A stretch of DNA of 63,246 nt, filler included, from Asterionella formosa (lineage: Eukaryota): the NCBI GenBank assembly GCA_002256025.1. It is 8 parts of 8 records of this genome, joined end to end, with 100 filler letters (N's around TTAATTAATTAA, not from the genome) between each part and the next. Parts side by side here need not be neighbours in the genome. Positions count along the whole stretch, not along the records: positions 23,782 to 31,601 come from NKIB01012377.1; positions 31,702 to 39,513 come from NKIB01012378.1; 6 more parts are not named here. One strand, given 5' to 3'. Of this stretch, positions 25,521 through 38,166 are shown one piece after another. A program made the position numbers and the translations under genes. Position 1 is the first letter of the stretch. Each line of letters begins with the position of its first letter. A model generated the notes under the pieces. That model was not told the origin of the DNA. It did not search any database and saw nothing but the letters and a program-made list of their open reading frames with translations.

Positions 25521-25989
25521 GTCGGAAAGTTGCTTGTTTGCTTCTTCTAATTGATCAATAGCGTTGGCGTTCCAAGCACCTCAATTTGGCTGCTGGTAGA
25601 AAGATAGTTAGGATAGCAGGTGCGTCTGGGATAGAATACTGTACTGGCAGTTGCCAATTGTTGAGCTGCACTGTTAGCTTCTTGTTACTCCTTGCTTCAC
25701 GTTTGAGTTGGGATGATGGCTGATTTGAGGGTGGGTTTTGTGAACACCCATGATATGATTGTTGAGGCATCATAAATATTATTCATGATTCTGGTTTGTA
25801 CATAGGACCATCAGGTACCAGGTACCAGGTGACACCCTATGTACATCCCGGTAGTACCTGGTACCAGGTACTGTACATATATAGGTAGGCACTCATCATT
25901 TGCACGACAAGATTGCAATAAAAGGGCATACCGGTGGAATTTTGTCAGTCTGCAAGCAGGCAACAAATCAATAAACATGTTCTGCAAGA

Positions 25990-26973
25990 ATGAAAGTCTC
26001 CGCACCCGTCTTTGATATTGCCTCCCTTGCAAGATACATTCTCAGTCCAGAATGTCGATCCATCGCCTTTGTGACTGGCGCTGGCATCAGCGTGGCTTCA
26101 GGCATTCCCGACTTCCGATCTCCTGGCGGGATGTACGACACTTTGAAACCCGATCTTCTCACATGTACAGCCCAGGAACGACGATGGATGGAGATGGATC
26201 CAACCTTTGTAGTGACTTGGGATATCTTCTCCCGGAACGCCTTTCCGTATCTGGAAGTGCGAAGGCCCTTTATTCTCGGCACGCAACAGCAGGAATGGAA
26301 GGCAACGATTGCTCATCGCTTTTTGGAAATTTTGGAGAACAAGACGGACAAGTTGAAGCGAGTGTACACTCAAAATATTGATGGCCTCGATTTCCAATGC
26401 TCGGTGCCCGCGCACAAAATTATACCTGTTCATGGATCCATTGCCAAGGCCCGCTGCGAAGGATGTGGTGCTGAAATGGACTTTGACACCTTTTGCGATT
26501 CGGTCAGGAATAATATAAAAGATATTTACAACCAAGACGACCAAGCGCCAATGGAATCCACACCGATACTTTGCAACTCCTGTCACAAACCCTTGGTCAA
26601 GCCAGCCACTGTCCTCTTTGGTAGGCCACTACCCCGGACCTTCTTCGACTGTGCGGAACATGATTTGCCTACAGTGGATCTGCTTTTCATTGTCGGAACA
26701 TCCCTCATCGTTTCTCCAGCAAAATCTTTGGTCTACCGAGTGCCGGATACAACCAAGCGAGTAGTTGTCAATCTGGAGCCAGTTGGCCAAGACTTGGGAA
26801 TCGACTATAGTAAGTCTTCTTGTCGAGATTTGTTTTTGCAGGGGACTTGCGATCAGATTTTTTTAGATCTCCTTTGTGAGTTGGAGTGGATCGATGAATT
26901 AGATTCTGTAATGCATATGCTGCCCAAGAGCAGCATTGATCTAATTCGTAAGAAGCAAAATGTTTCGACCTAG
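25990..26973 (+). CDS. NAD-dependent deacetylase, sirtuin (Sir2 class I, SIRT2/3-like)
   Basis: GAGISVASGIPDFRS, TQNIDGL, HG followed by CxxC..CxxC zinc module, KPATVLFG, GTSL. Confidence 0.95.
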   Translation: MKVSAPVFDIASLARYILSPECRSIAFVTGAGISVASGIPDFRSPGGMYDTLKPDLLTCTAQERRWMEMDPTFVVTWDIFSRNAFPYLEVRRPFILGTQQQEWKATIAHRFLEILENKTDKLKRVYTQNIDGLDFQCSVPAHKIIPVHGSIAKARCEGCGAEMDFDTFCDSVRNNIKDIYNQDDQAPMESTPILCNSCHKPLVKPATVLFGRPLPRTFFDCAEHDLPTVDLLFIVGTSLIVSPAKSLVYRVPDTTKRVVVNLEPVGQDLGIDYSKSSCRDLFLQGTCDQIFLDLLCELEWIDELDSVMHMLPKSSIDLIRKKQNVST

Positions 26974-27769
26974 AGTTTATTGTGGATGACGTGCCTATAT
27001 TTCCACTCATGCCACTGCAAGAAATTCGGATACTTTGGGATGATCATGTATGAGTGCGGACTCTCTGTTCTTTATCAGTCGTCTCAACATTTTACAGCTG
27101 GAATATATAATTAACAAATTATTTTGCTGTCAATGGAGAAACCGGTATGTAGCAATATACACCAAGGGTTTGCGTGAAATACTATTCAGGGCAAGCCCAA
27201 TGCAGAAAACTGCCTGTAATTCTACATGTGTGCAAAAGCTTGGGAGGTATGAATACCGGTAGGTTGATTTGTAGGAGCGGTATCCAGAAAATGAACCATC
27301 CATGTAGAAGAATGAAATAACAATCATCTACTATTCAGTGATGGTGGTAATTCCGTTTAACCATAATGATGAAACATCTTCCATCAAGCGCAGACCGACT
27401 CAAATGTATGTAGATGACATCATTGATTGGTCATTTTAATTTAAATTCCCAGGGGCTACCACAATTCAAAGTGCTTCCCACCAGTAGTTTTGTCAGACGT
27501 GTTCAGGCCTAACTATATTAAAAGGTTTGTTTTCTCAATGCTATTTTGCATTTTCAACACTATAATATTGGAACGCAGACATGGTGGACAGCAACAGAAT
27601 CAAAGAAACGCAACGGAAAATCGAGGAAACAGCTTTGAGAAGACTAGAACAATGTTGAACGAAACATATTGGATCACGGTCATGAATTCAATTACCCAAG
27701 CTTGGGATGGAAGTACAGGATTGTAAAAGCTTTGAAAGTTTCGCGCATTGTATGATTCAATATGTTCAC

Positions 27770-29113
27770 CTATGAAGATCTTTGACGCCGGGCTTCATTC
27801 ATGGACCTTGGCTGCCATCGAGGGTCTAACATTTCATCATCATTGACTGAGCTTAGATTTCCAGCTATTTTTCTATGTATTTCCGCTTTTGCCGCCAGCG
27901 ACTCTTCTTTCGATGCATCAATCCCTTTGTAAGTTGCACTCAATCCCATAAGTTGTCGGCTCAACCAAACATGACATGGACAAAAGAGAGGATTCAACTC
28001 GACACACCTCAACGTAGCATCATGTCCAGCCTGTAGAGCACTTCGAAAATCCTCCAACGATCCAGTGTGTCTCTCCTTCGCGTCCAAGGTCAAAATGACG
28101 CCCAACCAGCTATATGGTACAAAGCTATTCGGTCTTTTGTTTTTCAACTGCTCTGCAAATCGACCTGCCGTTTCGAAATCATGTCTTGTAAAGGCATCTA
28201 ACATGTGAGCATTGTCAGCTGGTCCTTCCTCTATTCGGTACCGGTCTCGGCGGTAAGTACTCGCGTAGCTAGTTGTAATCGACACAGCCTCGCCCAACGA
28301 CAATGTCGAGTGAAACCAATCGGCAGGCACATAAATCGCCTCGTTGCGGCTCAGAGTGCACTCCTGAAACGCTTCCGAATTTACAAACTCGGGTCGGATA
28401 TTGCGCACCCATTCCGCTGATGTGGTTCGGGGATTGAATTTTGGGGATATCTCCGGGGGAAACAGAAGCCATCGTCGTGTACCATGAAGCGTCTCGGCAA
28501 AGACATCGGCATGCCAATGAAACGCTAGACCGGCGCCGGATCCGGCAACGGCAAGTTGGAAATTGGGATCCAAAACATTTGGAAGGGAGTCCATCACATT
28601 TGGTACGACGTATACATTTCCGACTCCATATTGATCCGAACTAAACGCAAAACGGCTAGTATTTGTTGGTATTCCCTGATGGCTACTCATGGCTGTAATG
28701 TAGTCACTCAAACTCCCTGATTGTTCATCCCGGAAGGCGTAGCTTTCCAACTTTGCAAGAGGAATAATCTTGTCGCCAAACCTGTTCAAAAGTGCGTGCT
28801 TCTCAGTCATGAGCTGAGCTGCAGCGTTTATTCCCTTGTCTCTCAAGATAATCACCGGTTTTCGCCTCCAGAATTCTTCTGCAAAGCGCTCATGGGTCAT
28901 GTTACTCTCAAAAATTCGTTCAAAATTGCATCGCTCCGATTCTTCCGCCAAACTTGGATCGAAGTCTGAACTGTTCCAATCAGTAGTTGCTGCTAGACGG
29001 GAACGATCCTGGAAAACTATTCCAATAACAGCGGCAAAGATACTGACTGCAACAGCGGTTCTCCATATTGATTTGGTTTGATTGCCGGTCGCCTTCTTCT
29101 TGTCCTTAACCAT
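27770..29113 (-). CDS. JmjC/cupin-like domain protein (JMJD8-like) with N-terminal signal anchor and C-terminal TPR-like helices
   Basis: RRKPVII, GAGLAFHWHAD..E..GTRRWLLFPP, AIYVPADWFHST; hydrophobic segment TAVAVSIFAAVIGIVF. Confidence 0.85.
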   Translation of the reverse strand: MVKDKKKATGNQTKSIWRTAVAVSIFAAVIGIVFQDRSRLAATTDWNSSDFDPSLAEESERCNFERIFESNMTHERFAEEFWRRKPVIILRDKGINAAAQLMTEKHALLNRFGDKIIPLAKLESYAFRDEQSGSLSDYITAMSSHQGIPTNTSRFAFSSDQYGVGNVYVVPNVMDSLPNVLDPNFQLAVAGSGAGLAFHWHADVFAETLHGTRRWLLFPPEISPKFNPRTTSAEWVRNIRPEFVNSEAFQECTLSRNEAIYVPADWFHSTLSLGEAVSITTSYASTYRRDRYRIEEGPADNAHMLDAFTRHDFETAGRFAEQLKNKRPNSFVPYSWLGVILTLDAKERHTGSLEDFRSALQAGHDATLRCVELNPLFCPCHVWLSRQLMGLSATYKGIDASKEESLAAKAEIHRKIAGNLSSVNDDEMLDPRWQPRSMNEARRQRSS

Positions 29114-29859
29114 CCTGCATTGTGACTTCAATTAAAATGTTAGAACATGAGATGATGTGTGCATTTGGTAGAAAGATTCGTCAGATTCGAAAATTTTCCG
29201 ATAAATTTTCTGATAAAACATTTTATGACGTAAGACGTTTTATCACATTTGTCTGTTGGTGGTGCGTTCCCTTATAGGGCGCCTACATAAATTTATCTAT
29301 CATGAATTTGTTCATAATCCGTGAAAGCGTCATTGTGGGTTTTGCAGTAAGTTCATGCATTTTAATTGGGCGTTGGGTTGTTGCTCCCAAGAACAGTCAA
29401 ATGTTATGCATTCTGTGAGGGGAGCAACATGGAAGTGCATATAATATTATACATGATTAATGTAAAATACCTTCACATCATGTCAAGCATCATTGTCAAT
29501 GGACAACTGCAGCCAAGACTCCTTGCGCTTTTGGGATATGCTGCCCTTGCCACAATTACAGCTAACAATCGAAAATATGAAGAAGCAGGAAACGCAGTAT
29601 CAGCAACAAAGAATAGCTTGTGCCGGGCACACACAACCTCTCTGCATTCCTTTCCTTGTCGCTTTGATGCTCAGCCAAACGCTCATTCTCATGATGATTT
29701 GTCATGAACTCAACACAAATAAAAATCGGTAAAAACAGAGATGATGTGATGATAACATTGACAAGGACGCCATTGCCAGATTACTAATGATGCAATGATA
29801 ACATTGACATGGAAACAAATAAGACTGGAACACCAATAAAATGGTCACATACAAACAAG

Positions 29860-29965
29860 GTGACATTGGTATCTATAGGTGATGGAGGGTTTGCAATAAC
29901 ATGTTCTTGTACAAACAAGCAAGGTGAAATTGGTATCTATAGGTGATGGAGGGTATACAATAACT
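29860..29965. repeat. Two-copy ~63-bp tandem repeat
   Basis: attggtatctataggtgatggagggt.t.caataac occurs twice. Confidence 0.8.
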
Positions 29966-30166
29966 AGGTCACCAAGTAGAAATAGCCCACCATTAGTACG
30001 CATATTTACTAGAAATTGCTCATACATCATTCATGAGGAGGACCGGAAAGTATTATCTGTCAAGTCTGATGCTTATATCCTATTTTTTCGATAAATGCAA
30101 ATTGATCATAAGATAAACAATGTCATTGATATGAGAAAATAAATGATGAAAATTAATTTTAAGTAG

Positions 30167-30200
30167 TACTCCCTCTGTTCCAGTATAGTTGTAACCAAAT
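30167..30200 (+). mobile_element. Stowaway/mariner-like terminus, partner end not found
   Basis: TA|CTCCCTCTGTTCC matches the TA-flanked CTCCCTCCGT consensus with one C>T; followed by AT-rich non-coding DNA. Confidence 0.45.
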
Positions 30201-31701
30201 TTAGGTCACTGCCTCACATGATGCGCAACCTCCAATGATTCTCTGTCTAGTAGCCCCTCCTATTTAAGAATTATACCGAAAATAATTGTGTATGTTATCT
30301 ATGTTCTAAATAGTCTACAATTAGGTGAACCTGACTTCTCGTTTTGGCGCGTTTTTTGTAGAATCGCGCCCTGATTGGAATGTTTGCTCTAGACCCCCTT
30401 TTTCGGTGACCAGTCGTTAGTCAATAGACATAAGTAGAAGAATTTAGCATCATAACAGCGACAATAAATCGCCGATTGCTCGATTCTCAACCTCAAAAGC
30501 GAGGCTGATAAGACCGTCAACCAGTATGACCAGCTCGTCATAAATCTGGGCGTGCACAAAAAGTTAGATATATTATTCGACGTCTAAAGAACGAAATATT
30601 TTTTGTCCGGAAACGCATGCTTGTTAGTTAATATAGCTGTATATCTTTGGTAGTAGTAATAGCCGATATTACACACATGAACAGAGGTCAGTACGCTGGC
30701 CAACGAAAATCAATAGCCCTAAACAATGCATGGATAAAACAATGAAAAAGCGCATGCGAATTCAGTATCTGAGCAAAAGGAAAGGGGATTTGCGGCAATA
30801 TCAGACAAGTTTCAGAATCAGATTGAAAGGGAGGCGGGAGGCATGTACCAAAAGCATGACTAGCATTGGGACAATAGAAAAGGGGAACATTGGCTGTTCA
30901 ACCGCACAGAATACAGAAGAAAAGATATCATTTCTAGACAATATAAAAGTAAAATTACAATCCATTTCAACCTGTTTTCAACAGTTAAAAAGTAATGTGC
31001 TATAATTCTATTAGTCCTCATAGACGCTGGTAAAAAATTATTTAGCAATGTTGTTGCGATTCCTTTTTACATATTAACCACTAGAGAACACAGGTAGTGG
31101 TTGTGAGTATCTGGAGAATCCTGCATCATGTTGTTCCAACCTTGACCATGACAAAAATACAAATTATCTCCGCGAAAATTGAGAACAACGTTTTGCTGCT
31201 TGCTATGTACATTAATTTTTATGGAACATGTTCACATGTCTATGGAGTACCGGTAAGTCTATGGTTAGTCTAAATATGTACTTTATTGCATTGCATCTCG
31301 TCACCATCCATCCCGCCCCTAACGGGACCAGATACCAGGTACCTGGTGGTATCTGGGAACGAGGTACCCCATGGTACCTGGAACGCGGTATGATGTTAGA
31401 ATTTCTTATTATTAGACTATTTCAACAGGTATACCGGTATGTCGATAGTCTACTGGTATACGACTTAAAAACTCATATTTACACATTTTTACCTTGTTAC
31501 CAGATACCCTACCCTGGCTGTAGCTAGCTCAGTAGCAGCAAATAAACATTTACGAAATATAGAGTACTGGTACCAGGAGGTACCGGTACCAGTACCGGTA
31601 CNNNNNNNNNNNNNNNNNNNNNNNNNNNNNNNNNNNNNNNNNNNNTTAATTAATTAANNNNNNNNNNNNNNNNNNNNNNNNNNNNNNNNNNNNNNNNNNN
31701 N

Positions 31702-33179
31702 GATGGTAGTAATATAGGAAATGACGTGACCCAACAAATTTGACAAAATCATCATGATTGCCTGATTGTTTGTTTTTTCGATAGGCAACTTGATAATGAT
31801 GATTAATGTATCCCATTACCAATGAAAAATCTCTGGAAGTGAGGACATCATATTTTTTTGCGTAGTCAGCATCAATTCCAACTTGGTCCCAGTATTCATC
31901 TTCGGGAAATGCTAGAATGGTGCAGTCGTCATCCTCATCATCATTATATGTGACAACAAGTCGATCGAAAATGAAGTTGTGTCGAAATCTTCTTGCATCA
32001 AGTTCAGCCAGAGTTGGTGGCTGACCTAGACGCAAAACATCACTGCGATGCTTGTTGCACATGTAGACATTAATGACACGGAAGTATGTATTGATGCAGG
32101 TCACAGCATCTGGAGGGGTTGACTTTGCCTGTGCCTTATTCTTTTTCGCCTTTTTACAGGAGGGTTCACTTCCTCTTGTTCAAACTGAGGATCGACCAAA
32201 GACTCATGTGGCTGCACTGCTGTTAACTCTTGAACTTTGTCGTTCCTTTCATCATTATCATCTTCGCAATCTTCATCGACTTTGAATTCCTCATCATTAA
32301 TTGATGAATCTTCATGATTATCATTATCACTATCCAATTCAATGTCTGATTCATTGACAATGAAAGATCTAGGGTATATCCTCTGTGACAAGCTGTCTCT
32401 CTTCAAAAGTCGAGCAATCAAAGCAACAGTGAAAGCCTTCTTCGCATTTTTGTATCCAGAAACTTTGTATCTGACGCAAATTTTTCGGAGAACCTTGACC
32501 GAGATCTGCTTCATTGCAACACCTTTGATGAAAATCACCTTTGTCCTTTCACTATCAAGCACAAAGTCATCAGGAAGTATGAGGGAGTCAACAAATCGAT
32601 CGACTTCAGTATCTGTAGCAAGAGACTGCATTGTATTGTTGAAGGTGGTGGGTCGATCTTGATATACAGTGGTCTTCACATCAACAGTTGTTGTTTGCGT
32701 TTGTGTGACTGGTTCCATACTATGCGGTTCCATTTGCCTTGCTTGTAGTATCTTCAGGGAGATTCCAATGACTGATCTGTAGTAACAAATACACAAAAAC
32801 ACTTGGGAGTTACAAGATCGCCAAGTATAACTTTCTGTCTGGTGCTGCATAATTGTATCAATGGTGTTGCTTGGACGATGTACGCAGCAGCATAAAATTG
32901 AAGGAATAGTATATGCCATTAATATTATCACTGGTGCATTGCCTTGCAGGCTTATTTTCGGTTATTTTATTAGTGACAACGGAAATGATACCCGCGTGAA
33001 AACATCAGTATCACTGATACCGTTTTTGGAGGGGGCAAAAAAGGTATCAATTTTGTATCAATGATACAAAATTGATACCATCAAGTTACCGTTGCTGATA
33101 CCGTGTTTTGATACCAACCGTCACTTTTTGCCCGCAACCCGGAAATGATACAGCAAATTCGGAATGATAAGAACGACCC
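31702..33179 (-). mobile_element. PIF/Harbinger-like element: terminus plus frameshifted accessory (DNA-binding-type) ORF, remainder lost in gap
   Basis: Terminus reads GGGTCGTTC on the minus strand and is flanked by TTA; TGATAC subterminal repeats at 32985-33150; ORF fragments VKVLRKICVRYKVSGYKNAKK and YFRVINVY..G..PTLAELD. Confidence 0.55.
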
Positions 33180-33273
33180 TTAGGTCCATTATAAGGGAAA
33201 TCTCTTCATTGTCCTGGGCCCCCCTTAAGTAAAATCAGTCAAATTCAGTCACGGCAGTGTACATTGGGGGGTC

Positions 33274-33309
33274 AATGATACAGCAAATTCGGAATGATAA
33301 GAACGACCC
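33274..33309 (-). repeat. Exact 36-bp second copy of the Harbinger-like terminus, flanked by TAA
   Basis: aatgatacagcaaattcggaatgataagaacgaccc at 33144-33179 and 33274-33309. Confidence 0.9.
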
Positions 33310-33358
33310 TAATATGAAAATTAGACATGATTCGTACACCGGTATCATTAGTCGGTCT

Positions 33359-33515
33359 CTTCCTATGTACAAAGTACTTCCTATGTACAAAGTAGCTTGT
33401 TTGACGTCAGCATGTTAAAGTTAGCAGTCAGCAAACAAAGTCAGCAGTCAGCAAATATTTCAAAATTTCAGCAAATCAAGTCAGCAGTTAGCAACAAGAA
33501 GTCCGCAGTCAGCAA
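33359..33515. repeat. 18-bp tandem duplication followed by a cluster of GTCAGCA/GTTAGCA motifs
   Basis: cttcctatgtacaaagta twice; about 8 gt[c/t]agca copies in 33406-33515. Confidence 0.75.
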
Positions 33516-34201
33516 GTTGAAGTTGGTAGTCACCGATTCTGCGGTGAAAAGTGGCAGCGCTTTTCCGTTTGAAAGTTTGAAACGGTTACAGGTAATCTAA
33601 ATAAATTGAAATAATTTGAGATTTTCATCATTTCGGAATTGGTGAACCGGACAGACTTCCAATGAAGTAGGTTGAAACCGCTACGTGGAATTTTTAGTAC
33701 ATAGTGCGCGCTATTCGCTGATTACCGGACCTTCCGGTACAATTTTACTTGTTTACGCAGAAGCGAATATCTTGTAATTTCGTCGGGTACACGTCAGCAT
33801 CGTGACATAGTCGCTCCATCGCTCCTGCCTCATGATTACCGGTATGATTGTTGCTTGTTCCTTTCGACTCTGCCTAAAAAAATTAATATTTAGTTATGAG
33901 AACAATACTCCAAACCAGCCGGTTATTACATAGGGTACGAAGCTGCCTAAATGTAAGTACCAGCATGCATGTCGTATCTGAGTCAGGTCATCGACATCGA
34001 GCACGAAAACTGACACCCTCGTCAGGAGCAGCTTGCTTGGTTGGCTAACCGATGATTTGATAACATCACACTCCTGTCCTTCTCGTTTCGAGTTGTGATT
34101 GCTATTTTCTTTTGATTTTAAAAGTAATAACAAGCAAGGCTCTACCACAATCTTCTACAGACTATAAATTTAAGATATTACAGCAGCAGCAAAACTATAG
34201 A

Positions 34202-34772
34202 ATGATTCTCGCACGTAGCGTTGTGATTGCGAAGACTCTCGTGCGCCGAGGATTGGCCAAGAGAGCATTTTCTTCTTATGGAGCTGGTGAGAGTATTACG
34301 GTACGTTTCTTGGCCGGCGAAGGCATTAGAATGCATAGAGCAGCAATCGCGCGAAGGATGTCATGGTGTTTTGGCTCATCATTGTTTCACAACCCATCCA
34401 CTGCTAAAGTACTCTGGAGGTCAAGCCACGGAAGGGCAAGGTGGTTACTACGGCAGTGGTGGGGCTCGGGTCTTGCCAACGACTACAGCGGAACACCACA
34501 CGGAACTCTTGGCCCTTGCTGCGGATGTGGAAAAGATTGATGTCACGATGAAAGAGCTCGAAGTATTAGAGTCATTGTTATCGAGCGAAGAGACAAATAA
34601 AGTCACTAGCAAGAGCATTGAGCTGCGCCAAAACATTAAGAAGTTAATGACTTCCCCAGAATTTTTGGATTCATTAAACAGATTGGAAGTGAACGGGCAG
34701 CCTATTTGGGGATTGAATTCAGATGAGAGGGAAATGATTACTTTGGCGAGGGAGAAGGTTACGAAGGTGTAG
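34202..34772 (+). CDS. Hypothetical protein with probable mitochondrial presequence; intron 34301-34409
   Basis: MILARSVVIAKTLVRRGLAKRAFSS presequence; phase-0 GTACGT..AAG intron gives GESIT|YSGGQATEGQGGYYGSGG, followed by a coiled-coil. Confidence 0.8.
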
Positions 34773-35346
34773 AATTGGATGGGTCACATAGATATTAGAG
34801 TAAATCAGTTAGACCGTATAGAAAGGTAAAATCCGGATTGACCAGTAGCATCGCAACCGGTAGTTCAACCATGAAGTATGATACAAATCGAGTTAGTGAG
34901 TTCTTAAATTGCGTGATTAATGTTCAGCTGTGATTGCTGATGCCTAGTCCCCAACAAAAAGGCAAAGAAACAAAAATGGTGAGCACAATGGCCAAGAAAG
35001 AAATGCAGCGAGAAAAACGCTGAGGAGGAATGTTGTAGGCAGTAGTATATCCATCATATATGGGTTGGTGATTGGTCGTGTTAAAGACCTATGGTCCTCA
35101 GCGCGTGTAGTTGTTTTGCAAAAGATCGGTTTGTCGCTTTCCAAGCTCCTTTCGGAGTAGGATAACTCGCCTCGCGGCGTGGGCCTCTCTAGTCAGGAAC
35201 TCAAGATTATTAATCACACGGAATACTTGCTCTTGCATGAAGCTACATTCAGTCTCCTTCAAAAGGATAGTAGAGTAGAAACTGAAAAATGAGGATAATG
35301 TGTGGATGAAACTTACCCCTTGAAGGAGCCAATGTCAAGTTGAGCT

Positions 35347-35718
35347 TTAGGACTCCATAGAAGGTGCACCACCGACAACGATGTCATCGTCAACAGGTGC
35401 TGCCTTGATGTAAAGCACGTTATTACACCGTATCAACACCTCCCCGAGAAACCCAGCGAAATCCCCATTGATGAATTCTTCACACCTTTGCAGATGTATA
35501 TTCATGTACGCATCTGTAGACGCCAGAAGCCCTTGGTATTCCATTCCCCACTTCAGCTTGACGCGAACAGTCTTGCCTGTCAAGTCTTGCAAGAAGGGTT
35601 TGGGATTAACAATAAATTGAGACTGCCATTCAAGTGGAGAGCATGGCGTGCGAGTCAATGAGTGAGATAGATGAGAGAATAAACAAAAAAACAGAGACGA
35701 AGGAGACTGACTCACCAT
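35347..35718 (-). CDS. SNRPF: Small nuclear ribonucleoprotein SmF; intron 35623-35715 directly after the ATG
   Basis: [60 protein letters not shown]. Confidence 0.95.
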   Translation of the reverse strand: MVSQSPSSLFFCLFSHLSHSLTRTPCSPLEWQSQFIVNPKPFLQDLTGKTVRVKLKWGMEYQGLLASTDAYMNIHLQRCEEFINGDFAGFLGEVLIRCNNVLYIKAAPVDDDIVVGGAPSMES

Positions 35719-36408
35719 TGTGCACCTAAAAGTGCGATCAACCCAAAGTCCGAAGTGGTCTACCGGTATGTGTGGTGGTGAACGAGGATAGCGATTCGAA
35801 TGATGTGTGCAGATCTCACTGCATGCTATGTACATTGCTGCTGAGACGAAGGTCGGGTAAAAGCTGGTTTTACTATAGAGCCAACAAAGCTAAATTAAAT
35901 TTCTCGACACATGCATAAAAAGACAACGGTACAGTAGTCCTAATGTGGTATAATTGCGTTGGATGTATGCACTGGCATCCTGGTACAAGTTACGTTCATA
36001 CTGATACAGAGCTGCTTCTACCGGGAGAACGCACATGTGGCTGCGCGCGTGAAAGTTAGTAGGTCATGATATGAGAGCTTCACAAACATTCCAATGCTTT
36101 ACTGGTCGTATCCTAGAGTATGCATGATAATCGTTTTTATATACCGGCATACTTATTGTGTGCCTATGTATTATTTATAATAAGAAAAGTAAACGGTGCA
36201 CAGTATATACCAGTATATGTATGCAAGGCAAACGTTATGTAGTGCTGCGATACCGGTAGACTCCTATATACCAGGTATGTCCAGGTATGTAAGCAAATGT
36301 TTGATGGCACAATATGAGAGTGTGCTACTCCTCCGCCCGCCGCCACCTCTTTTTCATAAACAAAACATCACGTGATCAAAATACAATTCTAAAATTTCGT
36401 GCTTCACC

Positions 36409-37314
36409 ATGATAGCTTTCCGATCAGCCGCAAGCATGCTTGCAAGACAAGCATGCAAATACCCATGGAGAAGAATGCATAGTTTATCTATCCATGCAAG
36501 AGATTTTGCCGATACTGCAACACCCTTGTCATTGACCCAATCTAGTTTCCCTTGCATTGCAACGCAAACTGTACAACACGATGATAGACAAGATGCGGAG
36601 GAACCCCCTCCAAGTTTAGATGTCCGAGCCTCTCTCCCCCAAGAATATACCTCGGGACATGTTCTGGAAGTTCTTAATCGGAAAGGTGCCGGGGGCAAAC
36701 CACTGGAAGACGAAGACTTCAGAATCCTTATCAATGCTGCCAAGACACCCAAGGACGCTAGGGTTATAATGACTGCACTTGTCAACTACAAACGCATCAA
36801 TAAATTCATTTTGACAAAGGAGATTGCAGAATTGGCTGTAAAGCGAATTTTATTGGCCGACCCTGATCAAGGATCGATCATGGTTTTGAAGAATTTTACG
36901 GAGGAGTCTGGCCTGTACTTCAGTTGCGAGATTCCTCTCCTCAACTTGGTCTTGGACGACGTCTTATTGCATATACAGGACCACGATAAACGTGATTTAT
37001 GGAAGGCGCTCATATCAATGCTGAATTTATTGATTTATCGTAAAACTCGGCCGTACAAAAAAATGAAGAAGAAAGCTGAGCGTAAGTATCACAAGCATAT
37101 TCAACTACACCATGGGCCAACTGTCGCGACGGTGCAAAGGATGGTGGAAATTGGATTGAAGATCAGGGCTGCAAAATCAGTGCACTCTCAAATCACTACA
37201 CCCTGTCTTAACAACCGTGTACCTGTACTAGAAGAGACTCTTAGGCTTGTCGAACAAGCTAGATTTCAAGAAGAAATGGACAGTCTGGCACCAGCAGACG
37301 ATCTTGGAAAGTAG
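36409..37314 (+). CDS. Hypothetical helical protein, probable mitochondrial presequence
   Basis: 301-codon ORF; R/S/A-rich acid-free N-terminus (MIAFRSAASMLARQACKYPWRRMHS). Confidence 0.8.
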   Translation: MIAFRSAASMLARQACKYPWRRMHSLSIHARDFADTATPLSLTQSSFPCIATQTVQHDDRQDAEEPPPSLDVRASLPQEYTSGHVLEVLNRKGAGGKPLEDEDFRILINAAKTPKDARVIMTALVNYKRINKFILTKEIAELAVKRILLADPDQGSIMVLKNFTEESGLYFSCEIPLLNLVLDDVLLHIQDHDKRDLWKALISMLNLLIYRKTRPYKKMKKKAERKYHKHIQLHHGPTVATVQRMVEIGLKIRAAKSVHSQITTPCLNNRVPVLEETLRLVEQARFQEEMDSLAPADDLGK

Positions 37315-37636
37315 AAAAAATCCCATGATTGGACCTTTAACAAACCTTTCGCTTAGAGTCTGAGGGTTCCGTCACTACGCCAGCCATTCCAAGTTTTTTG
37401 GTCAGAAAGGTGGGACGACGCCACTGTGCTGTAAGGCCATTCATAAGGGATTAATATTTTTGCAAAGTGTGGCAACTTTTATGATTGACAAATTTGTTCG
37501 TTCTAGAATTAGTAGAAACAAAGCTCAAAGCATGCTTCAAAAGAATATAACTATAGCTCATTCTGTCACTAGTAGGACAAAACACCAGGCAGACATGTAC
37601 AAATCGATTTTTTCAGCCAACGTGATTTACCAGTAT

Positions 37637-38025
37637 TTACTTGAAAAAGATGACATGAATCGACATAACAGCGCATGAAACCCCGATATAAGGGCTCAGG
37701 CGCTCACCTATCCTGCTCATTTTCCATAGGAATGAATTTACCCCTTCTCTTGGAAGTATTTGCTGGCCAGGCTCCAGGACCTGTAGTTCAAGAGCACTTT
37801 GAGAACGAGTGTACATGTCGACATGGCATTGCATCATAGATCTATGAAATCAAATGCAAGTAATAATCGTATGCAAGAGACCATGACCCTACTTGGTACA
37901 TTGGTCAAGACCCTTACCTTTCCGCCGTCAAAAATAGTGGGTCGCAATTCTCTCAGATACGTAGCGGTGCAAATAAGCAAGAGAATCACAAGGATCAGAC
38001 TTGAGAAATCAAAGATGGCGCTCAT
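37637..38025 (-). CDS. TMEM167: Protein kish (TMEM167 family); intron 37781-37917
   Basis: MSAIFDFSSLILVILLLICTATYLR and WKMSRIGERLSPYIGVSCAVM joined by a GTAAG..CAG phase-0 intron. Confidence 0.93.
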
Positions 38026-38166
38026 GGGTAGGTTCGTTTTTTGCTTCCGCCGTAAAGTATTCTGGTATCGGTAGTTTGCTTGTTTGAATAGTTTTACTCC
38101 GTCGTTATTGCATGCTGCGTTGATGAATGCCTCTTTATTTTTAGCAACGCTGAATGCATATACCGG

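Noticed and set aside
23876..29131. LRR-HlyIII, sirtuin and JmjC as a functional gene cluster
   Set aside because: No shared pathway or regulatory evidence; ordinary compact gene spacing.
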